Source: Saccostrea cucullata
Taxonomy: Eukaryota
Assembly (NCBI RefSeq): GCF_032062105.1
Contig: NW_026940638.1
Location: 744,001 to 808,000, forward strand
Length of the DNA stretch: 64,000 bases
Direction of reading: 5' to 3'
Position 1 is the stretch's first letter; each line of letters opens with the position of its first letter. The position numbers and the translations under genes are program-made. Below the pieces are notes generated by a model that saw only the letters and a list, made by a program, of their open reading frames with translations, did no database searches and had not been told where the DNA came from. This document shows, piece by piece, positions 1 to 12,889 of this stretch.

Positions 1-1420
1 CATTTGGCCGTGGAGGTGAATTCCTTATGTACGTTTTATCTCCGTATTTGCATTTAATAGGATTGAAATTATTGCTTAGAGCTTCTGAGAGACATTCAAA
101 CCCACATTCACATAAATAACAAAGACATTGTGTGTGTGTTTAAAAAAAAGAACTGCCTTAAACAATAGGAATGGATTTTTATTAATTCCATCGGAATCTT
201 GTTTCTATTTGCATGGCTCTGATGTTAAATTGATAATGGCTTTGTCACATATATTGACATGCTAACGTTGTAGAAAATCTCAAACAAATGAAATTTTTCA
301 TTGATTTTTGAGAAGTTCGCAAACTATTACCTTTAAAGAATCTGTTTAAAATTGTTAATAACAGACAAATATTAAAGTCGTTTTATTAGAGTACTACCCA
401 ACCCTTCTCAACTTGCAAAAGTGTTTTATTTTCGCTTTAATAAATTAGTCCGACCGCTCCATTCAAATCTCTTAAAATATTGTACAATATGGTGTAAAAA
501 TTTAAACCCTTAATTCATAGAAAGATTAGAAATTACAACCTAAAGTATATCGGGAGGATTTAAAGTTGGCCATTTAGCGTGAGACTTATTAATTGAATTA
601 TCGTGGGACTCGTCACCCGATCGATTCAATTTGATTTTTTCCACGAGGTCTATTGAGCGGATGTTCTAATGCTGTGACATTTAATTTAGAAATCTCCCGC
701 AGTGACGGTGTAAGATGTTTGCCTATATAAATATGTAAGCTTTTAATGCAGATTAGGTGTAAATGTTTGTTGTCAGAACCCGGCTCTGGGTTGAAGAGGT
801 TTGTTGAGCAATAAATATATATATCTACTCGGTTACAGAACCAGTCGCTCGCAATGTCCCACCTTTTGTAAGCGGTTGACAGCGCCAGATTTGCAAAAAT
901 TCCAAACTGATGTAAACTTCCGAGCCATTTGAACAAAACTTTGATTGTTTCTCTAACCAAATATCGGTTGTAATTATCTTGCCTCTATCGATTCACTCCT
1001 TCCGATAATTCCACGTTAAGTTTCCGTATCAATCTGTCTGAAAATGTCCGATGACATCTTTACCTATAAACCAAAATGAAATAAAGAATTTCGTTTGCTG
1101 ACAATTCAAACGAATTAAATGCAATTAAAAGAAAAGGAATACAATGTACATGTCCGTTCGATTTAAATTGCACGCTGAATTCTTCCTTAAATCAATAGAA
1201 ATTTTTGGTGTATGTTTGCCTCCACAAATGTTTTTAATGACATATGTACAATTGAATATAGCTTAAATATATAGTTGTGGATTATATGTTGAAGATCTTT
1301 AAAGAACTATTTCCTTTTAACTAGGGCTTTAATGCCTGATCAATTCTGAATAGGTCTTGAACAAAAAAGCAGGGGAAATAATACCGACTTTTATCGATAC
1401 ATGCGCAAATTAATGACAAG

Positions 1421-1457
1421 TGTGCCGGGGTAACGGGCAATCGTTGCTAAGGACTAC
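1421..1457 (+). promoter_or_regulatory. Tandem RFX X-box-like motifs in the proximal promoter of the EF-hand gene
   Basis: TGTGCC-GG-GGTAAC (1421-1434) and GTTGCT-AAGG (1443-1452) resemble the X-box consensus GTTGCC-NN-GGYAAC. They lie ~140-170 bp upstream of the ATG of a likely motile-cilium gene. Confidence 0.55.
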
Positions 1458-1592
1458 CCGGTTGTTTGAATGTGGAGCACAGGTCCTATATGTAGACTAG
1501 TGGCTTATACAGGTTTATATACATAAATATACAATTGTTGGAAAAACTGTGCCTGGAGTAAATTCTTCTGGAAGGAACTTTTAACAGTAGAG

Positions 1593-1926
1593 ATGTCGCA
1601 GGTAGGGATACCTCGGCCAGCCTCAATTGGTCAAAAAATGGGGGTGAATCTCCCCCAAATTGAGCATCCATTGTCTCGCATGGGTAACCCCACTAACATG
1701 GATGTGAGAGGGGTGTCCCGCTCAGGGGACAGGCCTCTCTCTCACCCCACGGGTCGACCGCTGGCTAACGAGAACATATACACTGCCAGAAAGAGCCTCA
1801 GCGCTCATGGCCGGGATAGTAGGATGGCATCCAGACAAATGATGGCTCCTGTCCCCATCGAGAGCATTCCCGAGGGGGTGGAGGTCACATACGGAGACCC
1901 CGCAAAGACCAGACTGCCAGTATTCG
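1593..1926 (+). CDS. EFCAB6-like exon 1 (disordered Pro/Arg/Ser-rich N-terminus)
   Basis: ATG at 1593, GC-richer coding composition, donor CG|GTAAGA at 1927, phase 1. Confidence 0.85.
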
Positions 1927-4900
1927 GTAAGATTTTACTTTTGCTTGTGTTGAGGTCTTTGTGGATAACCTTATGTTTCGTTTTCTTTTTCCAAGCCTCG
2001 GTCGTTGTGCCTGCACACTACTGTCTTGTATATCATGACAAACATTATAATATTGCATTACAAAGACATTTATTTAAATTTTCTTATAAGATCTTATATT
2101 TTGAATGCATGTTATCCTTATTTTTGTCATTTTCACCGATTCTTTGATTCAAATGTATATTTCTCTCATGTGTCGGCATAGGATTTTGAAACCTTATTAT
2201 AAGATGTATATTTTTTCCTTGAATGTCATTATTTTAATTAAAAAATGCATGTCAAGGTGCACAGCACTTTTTAGCTGTCATATTGGGTATGATTAGCATA
2301 ATTAAAGACTTGGTAGCGGTACATAGGAGTTATCTAACAGATTTGGCGAACGGTTAGATCGAGGTTTCTTCAAGTGTTAAGCACACGAAATATCTGTTTA
2401 CTTTGGCATAAACGCTTTAAATGAAAAACCAACAAATAGTTTACTCAATAATCTTAACCATTTAGAATGCTTCCTATGTTCGGAAATGATCGTTTTAGCT
2501 TTAGTCTATGTTTCACCGGTCAGCACGTGGACCCACGGGGTTAAAAACCCAATTATAAACGATTTTACACATCCAACACTTCAAAATATTTTAAATTTTG
2601 GTAATGTCAATACACTTTGCAATTTTTTTTAAAGTGATATTTTTATTCAATATTAATTCTTTTCAACTGACATATTTTGAAAGGCAATTTAAAAGTCGGT
2701 AACAATTCAACCATTAAACCATACCGGCGGGGTGTAACTGAATATGACTCGTCTCCAGGGCCACGGGTTAACATTGTACTAATTGATGAGGGTTGACCGC
2801 AGAGAAATTACTTATCGTATTAAAGATTAACATTTATATCTATGACATTCAGGAAATGTTTGAAAATAAATCTGTTTTTATGATACAACATTGATCATTA
2901 ATGCTGATTCAGTTACTATTCAGCATTGATCGTATCTCGTTTGAAGCCATTTAAAATGTAAAACATAAAAGGATATCTGCCCCCCGATTCCATAATTAAC
3001 CAATAAAATCTAAAACCAGATGTCAATTTACATAGATGTTTCCATGTTCATTACAGGACAGAGTAACAGTGAAGCAAAGCCGGGTAGATTCCTCTTTTTA
3101 TTTTTAATTTTTTATTTACATTTCACAGAGTAGATTTCCTCCACAGATCTTTAGTATATATTTTCTTTCTTTAGTCCTAGCATGAATAACTTTGCTTTCA
3201 AAAAGAGTTTTTGAAATTTATTTTCTGTCAATTTTATGAAATATAGTGTAGTATTTTATACCACTTGGATTATAGTTTTTTATGGTCTCGAGTTGTTCAT
3301 ATTGCACCTCTTCTTTTTGGAGTTTCAATAGCTTTTTCTCTGGTCGATACGTCATTTATCAATAACCATTAAAGAACGAACTGTAAGATCTTGAAATGTA
3401 AGAATGCATGTAAATCAATTTCTTGCATTGTAAGCAACCTTTCACTCTGATAAAATTTAAAACCACCAAATCATTGTTAAGTAGGGCATATATCTCAATT
3501 TTATTATACAATGTTTTTAGATAGCATTGCGGTTAAGAGGGCGATAAAATTTGTAAATGTTTACAAGAAAATATGAAGTTACCCATTTTATTCACCAACA
3601 TGAATTTAATTCGATAAACACACTGATACGCGGTGACAAATGAAGCTTTGTTAAAAGAAAAAAAAAAGAATTAAAGAAAGAAAAGAGGAGAGGGTATCCA
3701 TAAGCTTTGCCTGTTGCCCAATCCCAATTGAATTATTCAATAAAAGATACGTATAAAGCAATGTCACTTTGTTTACAGGGAACCGTGCGGACATGGGGAG
3801 TCGGATGGAGAACGGAGCCCCGCCCAGCAGAATGTCCTCGCGACTGTCCCAAGTCTCCCAGCAGGCCAGGCTAGAGATCGACGAAGTAAGGCATCTACTG
3901 ACAGACACACAACCAGTATAATGTTCCCAAGTCAATAACAAGTTTAATAATAGTGGACCCTCAAAAACTAAATACAGCGTTTAGCTTGTAAATACATTTT
4001 AATCAACGATTTTTAAACTAGAATGTTCAACAGTAATATTTGTAAATTATACATATTTTGCATTAATGAGTGGAGTAGCTATGAATGAGAAAAACGTAGC
4101 CGGTTTGTTGATTTCATTTAGTTTTGCAAAGCTTTGCAAACTACACGCAAGTACAACAAAACAACATTATTAATATTTTTGATTACTGTATAAAATAAAT
4201 CCAACTTTAAAATTCATTCAGTATAACCAAGTCATTAACTTTGTAATGAAATAAGGAAAGATATCAGTGAGCCATTTAAATAAACACAAATACAACAAAC
4301 CTTGAACAAAACAGACCTTTGGAAATTTCAGAGGTTGATCAGATGTCTAAGAGAAGTAAGCATTCCCTGTAGTTCGTTCACACCCGCTGTGAGCCCGATT
4401 TTTTTTATCCGGTAGACGGAGTAATTTATAGTCAAATTTAGTATATAACACAGTCCTTACATTTGGTATGAAAATTTTCATTCAAAATATGACCTAGTAA
4501 TAAGTTTTGATTGCTAACAAGGCCATTTATTACAACAGTATAATTTAATACATGACCATAAACGTGGATACTGACATCCCTGTAACATCAACGTACGTGT
4601 CAGAAGCTCGCATTAGTTATATAAAGGTGTTTCGCCATCAAACATGTTATTGAGTATAATAAGCTGAGAAACATAAACACCATATACAGGTGATAGTGGA
4701 GTATTAATTCATAAATACGGAGAGCAGATGGTGGAAAAAAAATGTTAATTGGCTTTTATCGTCTAAAGTCAGGAAAACGTCCAAATAAGACTTGTGTTCA
4801 CTGGGATAAATAAATGTTAAATTATAAAATGTCGATTATTTGAATGTCGATCTGAAAGTCAAAGTAAGTGTTTTTTCCTTCTCGATGTAGAATTCATAAG

Positions 4901-7900
4901 AATATAAAATAGGCTGGGTAAGGAGCATAACTAGTGCCCATCGAATTTTGTCTCCAACGACTAAAGAATTGTTATCAATGAGGAACTATAATCTATAATT
5001 ACCATGGATATAAAACGAATTAATTCATTATCGTTTAACTTAGTACAAACGTATAGTATTTTGTTAGAACCTTGAAATATTAAAATATATAGAATATTTT
5101 TAACCCTGCAACTGTTCTACACTAACAAAGTACAAACTTTACATACTTTTTTTTACGAAGCAGAATAAATTTAGCGTCATAATATTTTCATAAATCGTGA
5201 TGGACACAAACTACAGTTCGAAATTTTCTCAGAATTATATATTTGATTCGAGAGAACAGATTTTCCAAACACAATTTATACGTATTTTATTCTATTTTTT
5301 AGATAATATTGGCGTGTTGCTTTACATTTTCTACCCATATCTTTAAATGTTTTTGTATCTAAATATGAGTGTTTTTACAATAACAGATAGAAACCATGCT
5401 GAGGCAGAGAATTAAGGGTAGTTATTATGAAATCAAGAAGAAGTTTAAGGACAACGACCCAGAACAGAAAGGAAATGTCTCTAGGTATTATCATACATGA
5501 CTATATATCAAATATTGAGTTCGAACACTCTTATAACACCTTTGATTATTCTAATATTTACAACGACACTTAAAGATTTTCCCGATACTTTCTCAATAAA
5601 ATTGCTTTGACTTACAGAGAGGCGTTCTACAGAATCCTGATGACCGTCCTAAATAGGAACCTCTCTCAGAACGTATTTAACCGACTAATGGACAGGCTGG
5701 GCTTCAAGGACAAACAGATTATCAATTATAGTGAGTTTTTCGCCTACTTCCACGAGGCGCAGGCCCAGAACGACTATCCTCGCTGGATGGACCCTATCCA
5801 GCGCATGTGGCCAGACAAGGCTACAATGAATTCCGCACAAGTCCACGCTCAACTGAAGGAAAAAGTTAGACAAAAGTGAGAGAAATATCGTATTGTACTC
5901 ACAAGCTGTGGTTTTTGACGTCACCTTGTGTGAATAACCCAAATTGCACGACTGTTTTATTTTTGTTCACCGTCTAATTTGCGTGCTTTAATTCCAGGTT
6001 CTTAGATATTGCCGATTTAATACCTCAAATGAACCCTGGAGGAACAGGAAGAATATTGAAACCTGAATTCAGACAAATGCTGAATAAATTAATGTTTTAC
6101 ATGGAAGACACAGAATTTGAAAAACTGTGGAAAAAGTACGATTTTACAACAAAAATCATTGTTAAAAGGGTGTAAATAAATGGATAGAATCAAAAATCAA
6201 ATTACTAAACTGTTTTTAATGTAGGTATGATCCTAACAATACTGGAACAGTCAACGGCCCACAGTTCCTGAACGCTCTGGGTATTCAGTTGGAGAATGGA
6301 GATGAAAGGATCAAATCTCCAGTACAAGGTAAGATAGATTTCTTCATCGCCAATAGGATACCATCATTTACAAAAATGGCATATTCATAGGATAACTATG
6401 TTGGTTTAAAATGATAGGAAAAGACTCAAAGAAGACGGGTAAAAAAGTAACGGTGAAGGAAGGTAAGCCTAAGCGTGGATTGGTTGTCTGCATGCAAAGG
6501 AGAAATGTTTGGGCTTGTAGAATTCTCCTTGTGTTTTTTAGTACAGTCCTTTTAGAATGATTGATTGGAATCAATTTAAAGAGCTATTTTCATCCATCAT
6601 GGAGGGTTATCGAATCCACCAGCACTTTAGAATATCCCTGTAGCACATAGTATTTGTTAGAAAATATGATTGGTATCCATGTATTGCATTCTGGGTAACA
6701 CGGAAATTTTATATGGTTTTTGGCAATGTATATACATTGTACTATATATAGTCACCGGGAATGGTAGTCACGTGTGTGTTTATGGGTAGGATAATTAGAA
6801 ACCTTTAGCGTTACCCCTGGTATATAATCGAAGACATAGATTTTATCATAAATGTCAATTAATAGATGAAGAAGAAGACTTGATGCTGATTGTTTTAATT
6901 TCCTTTCTACTACTACTGTATATGTTGTTTTCTTTATTTTGCTACATTAACACCAAATGCCGCTTTTAAATGAAAATATTTGAAAATTGAAAATATACAA
7001 TTATGGAAGGCCTACCTGTACTTTTCAGGGCCTTCATCAAACAGAACACCGCGAAAGAAGGAGATCGAGAGGAAACAGTCGCTGGATATAGAGCGCTGGT
7101 TAAAGAGCAAATTCAGAGAGGGATGTCATCAGATGCAGGAGGCTTTCGAAGCCAAAGACGCATCAAACAAAGGCGTGGTATGTAATTTACAGCGTCTTTC
7201 GGAGAAAGTATTAGTAAAAAGTGGAATTTACATTGCACTTAATTTTCTGAGAAGTATATTTGGTCGCTTATTTTGACAGGTGAGTTTTGACGACTTCTTG
7301 GAAGTCTTAGCTCAGTTCCACCTGAAGCTGGAGAAGAAGCTGCTTGCCGCCTTCCTGTCTAGATGTGCCGTACAAGCTCACAGAGACGGTGTCCCCTACC
7401 GAGACTTCCTCCACCGATTCCAGGACCGCTCCGAAATAGGAATGACCCACAACATCCTGACCAACACAAAGCACAGGCTAGTCAGACTGTTAGTTATCAA
7501 ATTTTATTCCTACAGGTGTGCAGTAGATGTTCTGGTGTGGAGTAGATGTACCGTGATTCCAGTTGTGTTTCCTCTTTAGTTTTGGGCAGTAGTTGAGACA
7601 GGGATCTAAGTCTGCTGGTAGAAGATGCACATCCATTACATCAAACTTTCATCAACCATCAACACTCTAGCTCAACTGTTTTTTTCCCAGCTTTAGAATG
7701 ATTGCTTTTCCTTTTTGAATTTTTTTTCTGTCTCTCAGAAATCATGGTATTTCTCAATGTTGGTTTGATTTAGCAAACTTGTAGCACCATTATTTAGCGA
7801 ATGGATTTCTACACTTGGGTGATATATGCTCTTTGATTCTTCCAATTGAACCATTAAAAATAAAAATTTGAGAAAAAACTAGTAGTTATCTGACAACAAG

Positions 7901-10151
7901 TCCACTTCTGTTTACAGGGTGAATGACAGACCGGCTAGCCCCAGTCAGGTTTCCTCAATTAGTGGTATTGAAGTTCAGTTGATGAACATGTTCCAGAGAG
8001 ATTTCTTGGCTCTTCTAGGAACCTTCAAGTATGTACTTCAAAACATTTACTCACTACAATATTGAATATTCAATTATTTCCTTCAGTGATTAGAATTTGA
8101 AAGACTTATGTGTTTAAGCTTTTCTCTACTTTTTTAGGAGCATAGACAAATTAGGTCTGAATGTAATCAGTCAAGAGGAGTTCAGAGCGGCCATTGAGAG
8201 TCGATTTAATTTCCACCTCCAAGACGACCAGTTTGAAGCTTTTGTGGACAGACTTCCCCTAGATGAAGACGGCAATATCAAATATGCTGACTTTATGCAA
8301 CAATTTGACACAAAGTTAGAGCTTTGAAGAAGTTTTTGCAGTCTTTAATTTATGTTTATTGCAAACGTCACAATGATATTAACAGAAAACACGATCCTTT
8401 TGAATGATTTCATGTGTTCCTTTTTGTTACATCCAGAGGCAAAGCCAAGAGTCTTTTTGATAAAGAGAAGGGTGTGGACACATCTGGTCCCCCTAAAGTA
8501 CCCAGTCCGATCCCAGAAGTAGGTCCCCCAGAGATGCCAGAGGGCAGCCCTGTGGATAGACTTGTCATTGATGAACCAGTAATGGCGGACTATGCTCAAG
8601 TTCGCCGCACACCACAGGAACTGTTCAAAGTTATTAAAGACCTTATGAACAGACGATTTCAAGATATAGAAAGAGTATTTTATGAACTAGATGAAATAAA
8701 TAGCGAAAGGCTATCACAAGAAATGATGTTTCAACTACTAAAGAGGTACTAACAATTTATTGTAGATTGTTTTGCATTCATATAGATTTCTCTTTAAGAA
8801 TCTTTAGTGGACAAATGTTTAAACTAGCGACATCATATTTCCAGGTTTGACATAAGACCAGAAGTTTCGCGTGGAGAAATTAGAGATCTTTGGAAGACAT
8901 TTATTACTAATACAGACAAAACCCTAGATTACCATGAATTTATCCGCCATTTTGGATTCTCAAAGAAGTCTGCTTCCTTCCCGAATGCTAAACTGAACCC
9001 ACCCAAGAGAGGAGATGCGGACTACATGATCAGATCAAGGAAACTCAACTGTGCTGCCGACATGCTGGAGGACAGTCTCAGGTCAAAGGTAACAATGTCT
9101 TTCCTGTGAAGAGAAGCAGTTTTGGACTCTAGCCTTTTTGTTTTCTTTTTGTTTCAGTCTTTCCAGGTGTTTTTAATGAGAATTGCGCATACGTATGATA
9201 TGTTTGGGATTCAAAAAGTTTGCCTCCAAAGTCCAAAATTGATTAAGTCCTGTCATAAATAACTTGCTGGCATCTTTAGATATTGTGTAAAATCAACTTA
9301 AATTCTTTTTTGTTGACTTTGGTATCCCTATCTATTTTTAGGTTGATTACATGTGGGAGGATCTTAGAAAGGAATTTGTGGATATGGACCCCTATGGAAC
9401 AGGCTACATTACCAGAGAAGAGTTTAAGGACGTTCTCACTGAGCTCTGTGTTCATCTCAGTGAGTTTGAAATAAACAAACTCAGTGACAAGTTTGATCTG
9501 AAGAGAGATGGACGGTATGTCTGTATTTTTTAAATACACATTTTGGATTATTTCTGGAATAATTTGTAATCACTTTTATTTAATTCCAATATTATATCTT
9601 TGATAGGGTTTCTTATATTGAGTTCTTGAAGCCATTTGCCCTTAGAAAACAGATTTGGCGTCATGGTAACAATATGCTTTCTCTGCTTGCTCACCCTCAA
9701 CCAGAACTGCCAATTCCTGATATTGTAGAACCCCCACAGAAGGGTCTTCATGGCATCACTTCTAAACTGAGGCAGAAGGTACGATTCTTCAATCAAATAT
9801 TTAGTAACCATTCCACTATTACAGCATTACCTCTCAAGATTCTCCTCCTAAGTTTGTCTATAATTATTACATCGGTTGTAATTACTGTTTCTGGTTCATT
9901 CTATACAGCTTGCTGGGGACTGGAAGAATCTACGAAGGGCTTTCAGGAAATTGGACACCAAAAATGATGGTTATCTATCAGTTCCAGAGTTCCGCTCAGT
10001 CTTGAAACTGGCCAATGTCATTCTGGATGAAGATGAAGTTTACCATGTTCTTACTCAATTTGACCAAAACATGTCTGGCAAAATCCCATATGAAAAGTTC
10101 ATTGACGAAACATTCAAACCTGCAACAAGACAGAGTGTACGAAAAATCTGA
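1593..10151 (+). CDS. EFCAB6: EF-hand calcium-binding domain-containing protein 6-like, 17 exons, ~961 aa
   Basis: Exons joined by hand with consistent phases: 1593-1926, 3057-3083, 3779-3885, 5387-5484, 5618-5875, 5998-6135, 6225-6328, 6418-6462, 7029-7177, 7280-7476, 7918-8028, 8138-8314, 8437-8745, 8845-9088, 9342-9514, 9607-9778, 9909-10151. Total 2886 nt, ending at TGA. Many EF-hand-like loops (DPEQKGNVSREAF, DPNNTGTVNGPQF, DASNKGVVSFDDF, DPYGTGYITREEF, DLKRDGRVSYIEF, DTKNDGYLSVPEF, DQNMSGKIPYEKF). The gene model is well supported; EFCAB6 orthology is inferred from architecture only. Confidence 0.8.
3057..3083 (+). CDS. EFCAB6-like 27-nt microexon (GQSNSEAKP)
   Basis: ttacag acceptor, G|GTAGAT donor, symmetric phase 1-1, open frame. 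Confidence 0.6.
3779..3885 (+). CDS. EFCAB6-like exon 3
   Basis: ttgtttacag acceptor; GNRADMGSRMENGAPPSRMSSRLSQVSQQARLEIDE; donor GTAAGG. Confidence 0.85.
4290..4760 (-). mobile_element. Old Naiad-type Penelope-like element 3' fragment in intron 3
   Basis: Decayed '...P.YGVYVSQL' RT C-terminus plus the 3' UTR motif (GCGGGTGTGA...TGCTTACT...CTGATC) seen in younger copies. Confidence 0.65.
5387..5484 (+). CDS. EFCAB6-like exon 4 (first EF-hand)
   Basis: IETMLRQRIKGSYYEIKKKFKDNDPEQKGNVS; AG/GT boundaries in phase. Confidence 0.9.
5618..5875 (+). CDS. EFCAB6-like exon 5
   Basis: cttacag acceptor, GTGAGA donor; overlaps ORF 5607-5879. Confidence 0.9.
5998..6135 (+). CDS. EFCAB6-like exon 6
   Basis: FLDIADLIPQMNPGGTGRILKPEFRQMLNKLMFYMEDTEFEKLWK; AG/GT in phase. 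Confidence 0.9.
6225..6328 (+). CDS. EFCAB6-like exon 7
   Basis: YDPNNTGTVNGPQFLNALG EF-hand; donor G|GTAAGA. Confidence 0.9.
6418..6462 (+). CDS. EFCAB6-like 45-nt cassette exon (GKDSKKTGKKVTVKE)
   Basis: Weak acceptor (atgatag), strong donor AG|GTAAGC, symmetric phase 1-1. Confidence 0.5.
7029..7177 (+). CDS. EFCAB6-like exon 9
   Basis: cttttcag acceptor; GTG|GTATGT donor. Confidence 0.9.
7280..7476 (+). CDS. EFCAB6-like exon 10 (3' end ambiguous: 7476 or 7515)
   Basis: VSFDDFLEVLAQF...NTKH. Candidate donors AG|GCTAGT (7477) and AG|GTGTGC (7516) are both phase 2. Confidence 0.8.
7918..8028 (+). CDS. EFCAB6-like exon 11
   Basis: VNDRPASPSQVSSISGIEVQLMNMFQRDFLALLGTF; AG/GT in phase. Confidence 0.85.
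8138..8314 (+). CDS. EFCAB6-like exon 12
   Basis: SIDKLGLNVISQEEF...LDEDGNIKYADFMQQF EF-hand pair. Confidence 0.9.
8437..8745 (+). CDS. EFCAB6-like exon 13
   Basis: Overlaps ORF 8414-8752; atccag acceptor, AG|GTACTA donor. Confidence 0.9.
8845..9088 (+). CDS. EFCAB6-like exon 14
   Basis: FDIRPEVSRGEIRDLWKTF...KLNCAADMLEDSLRSK; AAG|GTAACA donor. Confidence 0.9.
9342..9514 (+). CDS. EFCAB6-like exon 15
   Basis: MDPYGTGYITREEF EF-hand; ttttag acceptor, GTATGT donor. Confidence 0.9.
9607..9778 (+). CDS. EFCAB6-like exon 16
   Basis: VSYIEFLKPFALRKQIW...SKLRQK; AAG|GTACGA donor. Confidence 0.9.
9909..10151 (+). CDS. EFCAB6-like terminal coding exon
   Basis: LAGDWKNLRRAFRKLDTKNDGYLSVPEF...DQNMSGKIPYEKF...RKI*. 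Confidence 0.9.
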   Translation, partial: LAGDWKNLRRAFRKLDTKNDGYLSVPEFRSVLKLANVILDEDEVYHVLTQFDQNMSGKIPYEKFIDETFKPATRQSVRKI

Positions 10152-10793
10152 CATTGTAACATATTTAGTATTTCTTCTCTTTTGTGAGATATGTGACCTT
10201 ATTCAACAAGTGAATGTGCATGTTGGTGAAACTATGAACATTGAAGGAAAATACGTTTAAAACTGAATGTCAACAATATTTTTATACTTGTGTATTTATA
10301 ATTTTTCATATCCTGCCGTATCATTCATCCTGTTCCCATTATGAATTGTCCTTGATCCCGAATTCTGATGTGATAACTTATTTTTGTGGTGCATCTACAT
10401 GTTTGCTGTCATTCTAAGTTCATTGTATTTATATATATTATATAACAGTATTATCAGCTATAGGTGTGCACGTGCCTTTCAGTTTTGAGCAATAGATACA
10501 CTACATTTAGGATGTACAAACAAAATCCCATAAAGATTAACATTGTAGCACCCTTCTTGAATCCAATACTTCATAGCGTTTTGGTTGATCATGAAAAGCG
10601 ATATTTTATGAGAGTATTGCATAGACAACTGTATTATATATATTTTGATTTAAGCAAGGTATTTTACTGCTACATTGTATCGTGATCTGTAGGGCTGCTC
10701 CACACCATGTTCTGATGTGATGGAAACTGTGATATTTCTTTTGTCTCTACGTCTCCACTAACATTACATGTATTTGTTACAATATCGTTTTAC

Positions 10794-10799
10794 AATAAA
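10794..10799 (+). terminator. Candidate polyadenylation signal of the EF-hand gene
   Basis: AATAAA ~640 nt after the stop codon, followed by a T-rich tract. Confidence 0.55.
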
Positions 10800-11469
10800 A
10801 TTGTAAAAAATTTAGTCACTTCATTTTTTCATCTTCTTTTAAACCATTACAAGATCAAAAGTAGCATTGATGATCCTGTAGCGTATAAACGTACTGTGTT
10901 TTGCAAGGAGCAAGAATTCTTTTATTAATATATTTTCCTTTTACTCTTTCTGAGTTATTATTGATTGGATCTATATACAAAAGATTTAATAGGGTAAACT
11001 GTGGTTCCCGAGCAAGGTTTTCGATCTGCATTGTGTTCCTGGAGTTCCTATTGTTTAGTGAAGTACTATGTTCTTTCACCGTTATTAAGAATTACTTCGC
11101 CTCGGTAACTCACCACAGTTCCTCTGGACTGTTCCCTTTCCACTAGTGTCTTACTTCTAATCTTTGATCTTTATATGTGTCTTTCTAAGAGAGCTGCTTT
11201 ATTAGTTATTACCTAGCGTCTTCTGCTTTCTTTTTTTTTCAACAACTGATTCCGTCAGAAATGACATGGCAGTTGCTTATTTTCCAATATCTTCTCCGAT
11301 TCCAAGATACACCTGTAGTAGGCATAGCCAAATACACTGCCCATTACAGTTCTTTATTTCAACACAAGTAAAGCTGATTTCCTTTCCCTGCTTTCTATAA
11401 TAAAATATTGTCCTATCCTCTTTTCCCTACTTTTTAAATTCGTTTGATAACTTTGTTTGCCTTTTAATA

Positions 11470-12620
11470 AGCAGTAAATGACCTTATCAGCAAATTCAAT
11501 TTACCAACTAGACATACCGAATGTTGACTGACATTTTTCATACAAATCGTTAGGTCATTGTGTTTAAATTGAATTGTGCCTGGATTTTTTTTCATATGTT
11601 CGATCCTGATGAGGAACCACTTCATATGTTGTGACCAGTCAGCTAGGGATACCTACTTCTCCATGGACCCAATCCTACCTCCGATATTATAATAGATCTG
11701 TGTTTCTTTTGCTCTCATTTTTCTCCTAATGAAGTTTAAATTTTGATTTTTGTATTTTTCGCTTTTACACCGTTAGAAAAAATGATACTCGCACTATCAC
11801 ACTTTTGCGTGATTACACGGATTCATTTAAATATATTCCAGTAATGCATAAACCACCTTTCTATTTTCCGTACCTTGTTCATACACGTAATATGTTTTCA
11901 AACAATATCAGGTTTCAAGAACCTCGAACAAAAGAGGAGAAAAAAAACCGGAAAAACACTGAGTTAGATAAAGGCTATTATTAATTGACAACTAAGTGTT
12001 TTGCAAATTTCAAAATCCAGTAAAATTGATTTTCGGATGAAACTCAGTTGCAACACTGATACAAAAAATCCATAGGACATGTCGGCGTTGATAAGAACGA
12101 TAGGGAAATAGAGTTTTGTCACGTTCCTTTTTCCATAGCATCTCATTCCCTTTTTCTATGAAGAGAAATGTGTCCTAGGGAGACAAACATTCACATGTCA
12201 CCTTGATATATTTCCGTGAACTCGAAATAGCGACAATACAATTTGTCATATCTTTTTCAGGCTTGGATAATTTACAGACCAAAGGCATGAATGATCATCT
12301 AACAATTTAATTTTATGACATTTCCATCAGCAACTTTCTCTACTTATGAAGCAATATTCTGCTACCACCTGCTTATGGTGTTAATGTCTCCCGACTAATT
12401 TGTGGTTATCAAGAACATGCTCTGACTAGGATCAATATTTAAACGGAGACTGCTGTCAAATAAGCTGATTTTACAGGATTTTTAACTAACTTATTTATGG
12501 TTAGCATTTTGCAAATTCTATTGTCGTTTTAATGATCTTGTTTGGAAATTCAGCCTATCGTTTGGGGAGTATTTTAACTGACATGTTACCCACATTTTAT
12601 AGGGTCATTGTTTATACGAT
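11470..12620 (+). mobile_element. Two decayed Naiad/PLE 3' fragments (~11470-11780 and ~12230-12620)
   Basis: Similar to the RT C-terminus and 3' UTR of copies at 13 kb and 31 kb. Confidence 0.6.
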
Positions 12621-12889
12621 TTTTTTTTACCTTGTCCATATAGTTTACAGTGCGTGTATCCTCTTGATCGTTTTATTTATACACAATAGTACATGATATA
12701 TGAAAAATAAAGAAAAAAGAAATCCAGTTATTACTCAGACTGGATGATTAGATTGTTCTAAATCATTTAGACATAGAATCCGGAAGACGATTGTCTACAT
12801 AGAAAACCCATTCGGTTATTTTCCATTAGAAGATATCAATAGGAGACGGTTTTCTACATATAAAGCCTTCATTGTTCAATATTACAAAG

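Noticed and set aside
613-960. 115-aa minus-strand ORF (possible divergent gene)
   Set aside because: No recognisable domain, non-ATG start, no supporting splice structure
1927-2147. Hydrophobic C-terminal extension of ORF 1593-2147 (apparent transmembrane segment)
   Set aside because: Read-through into T-rich intron 1 past the GTAAG donor
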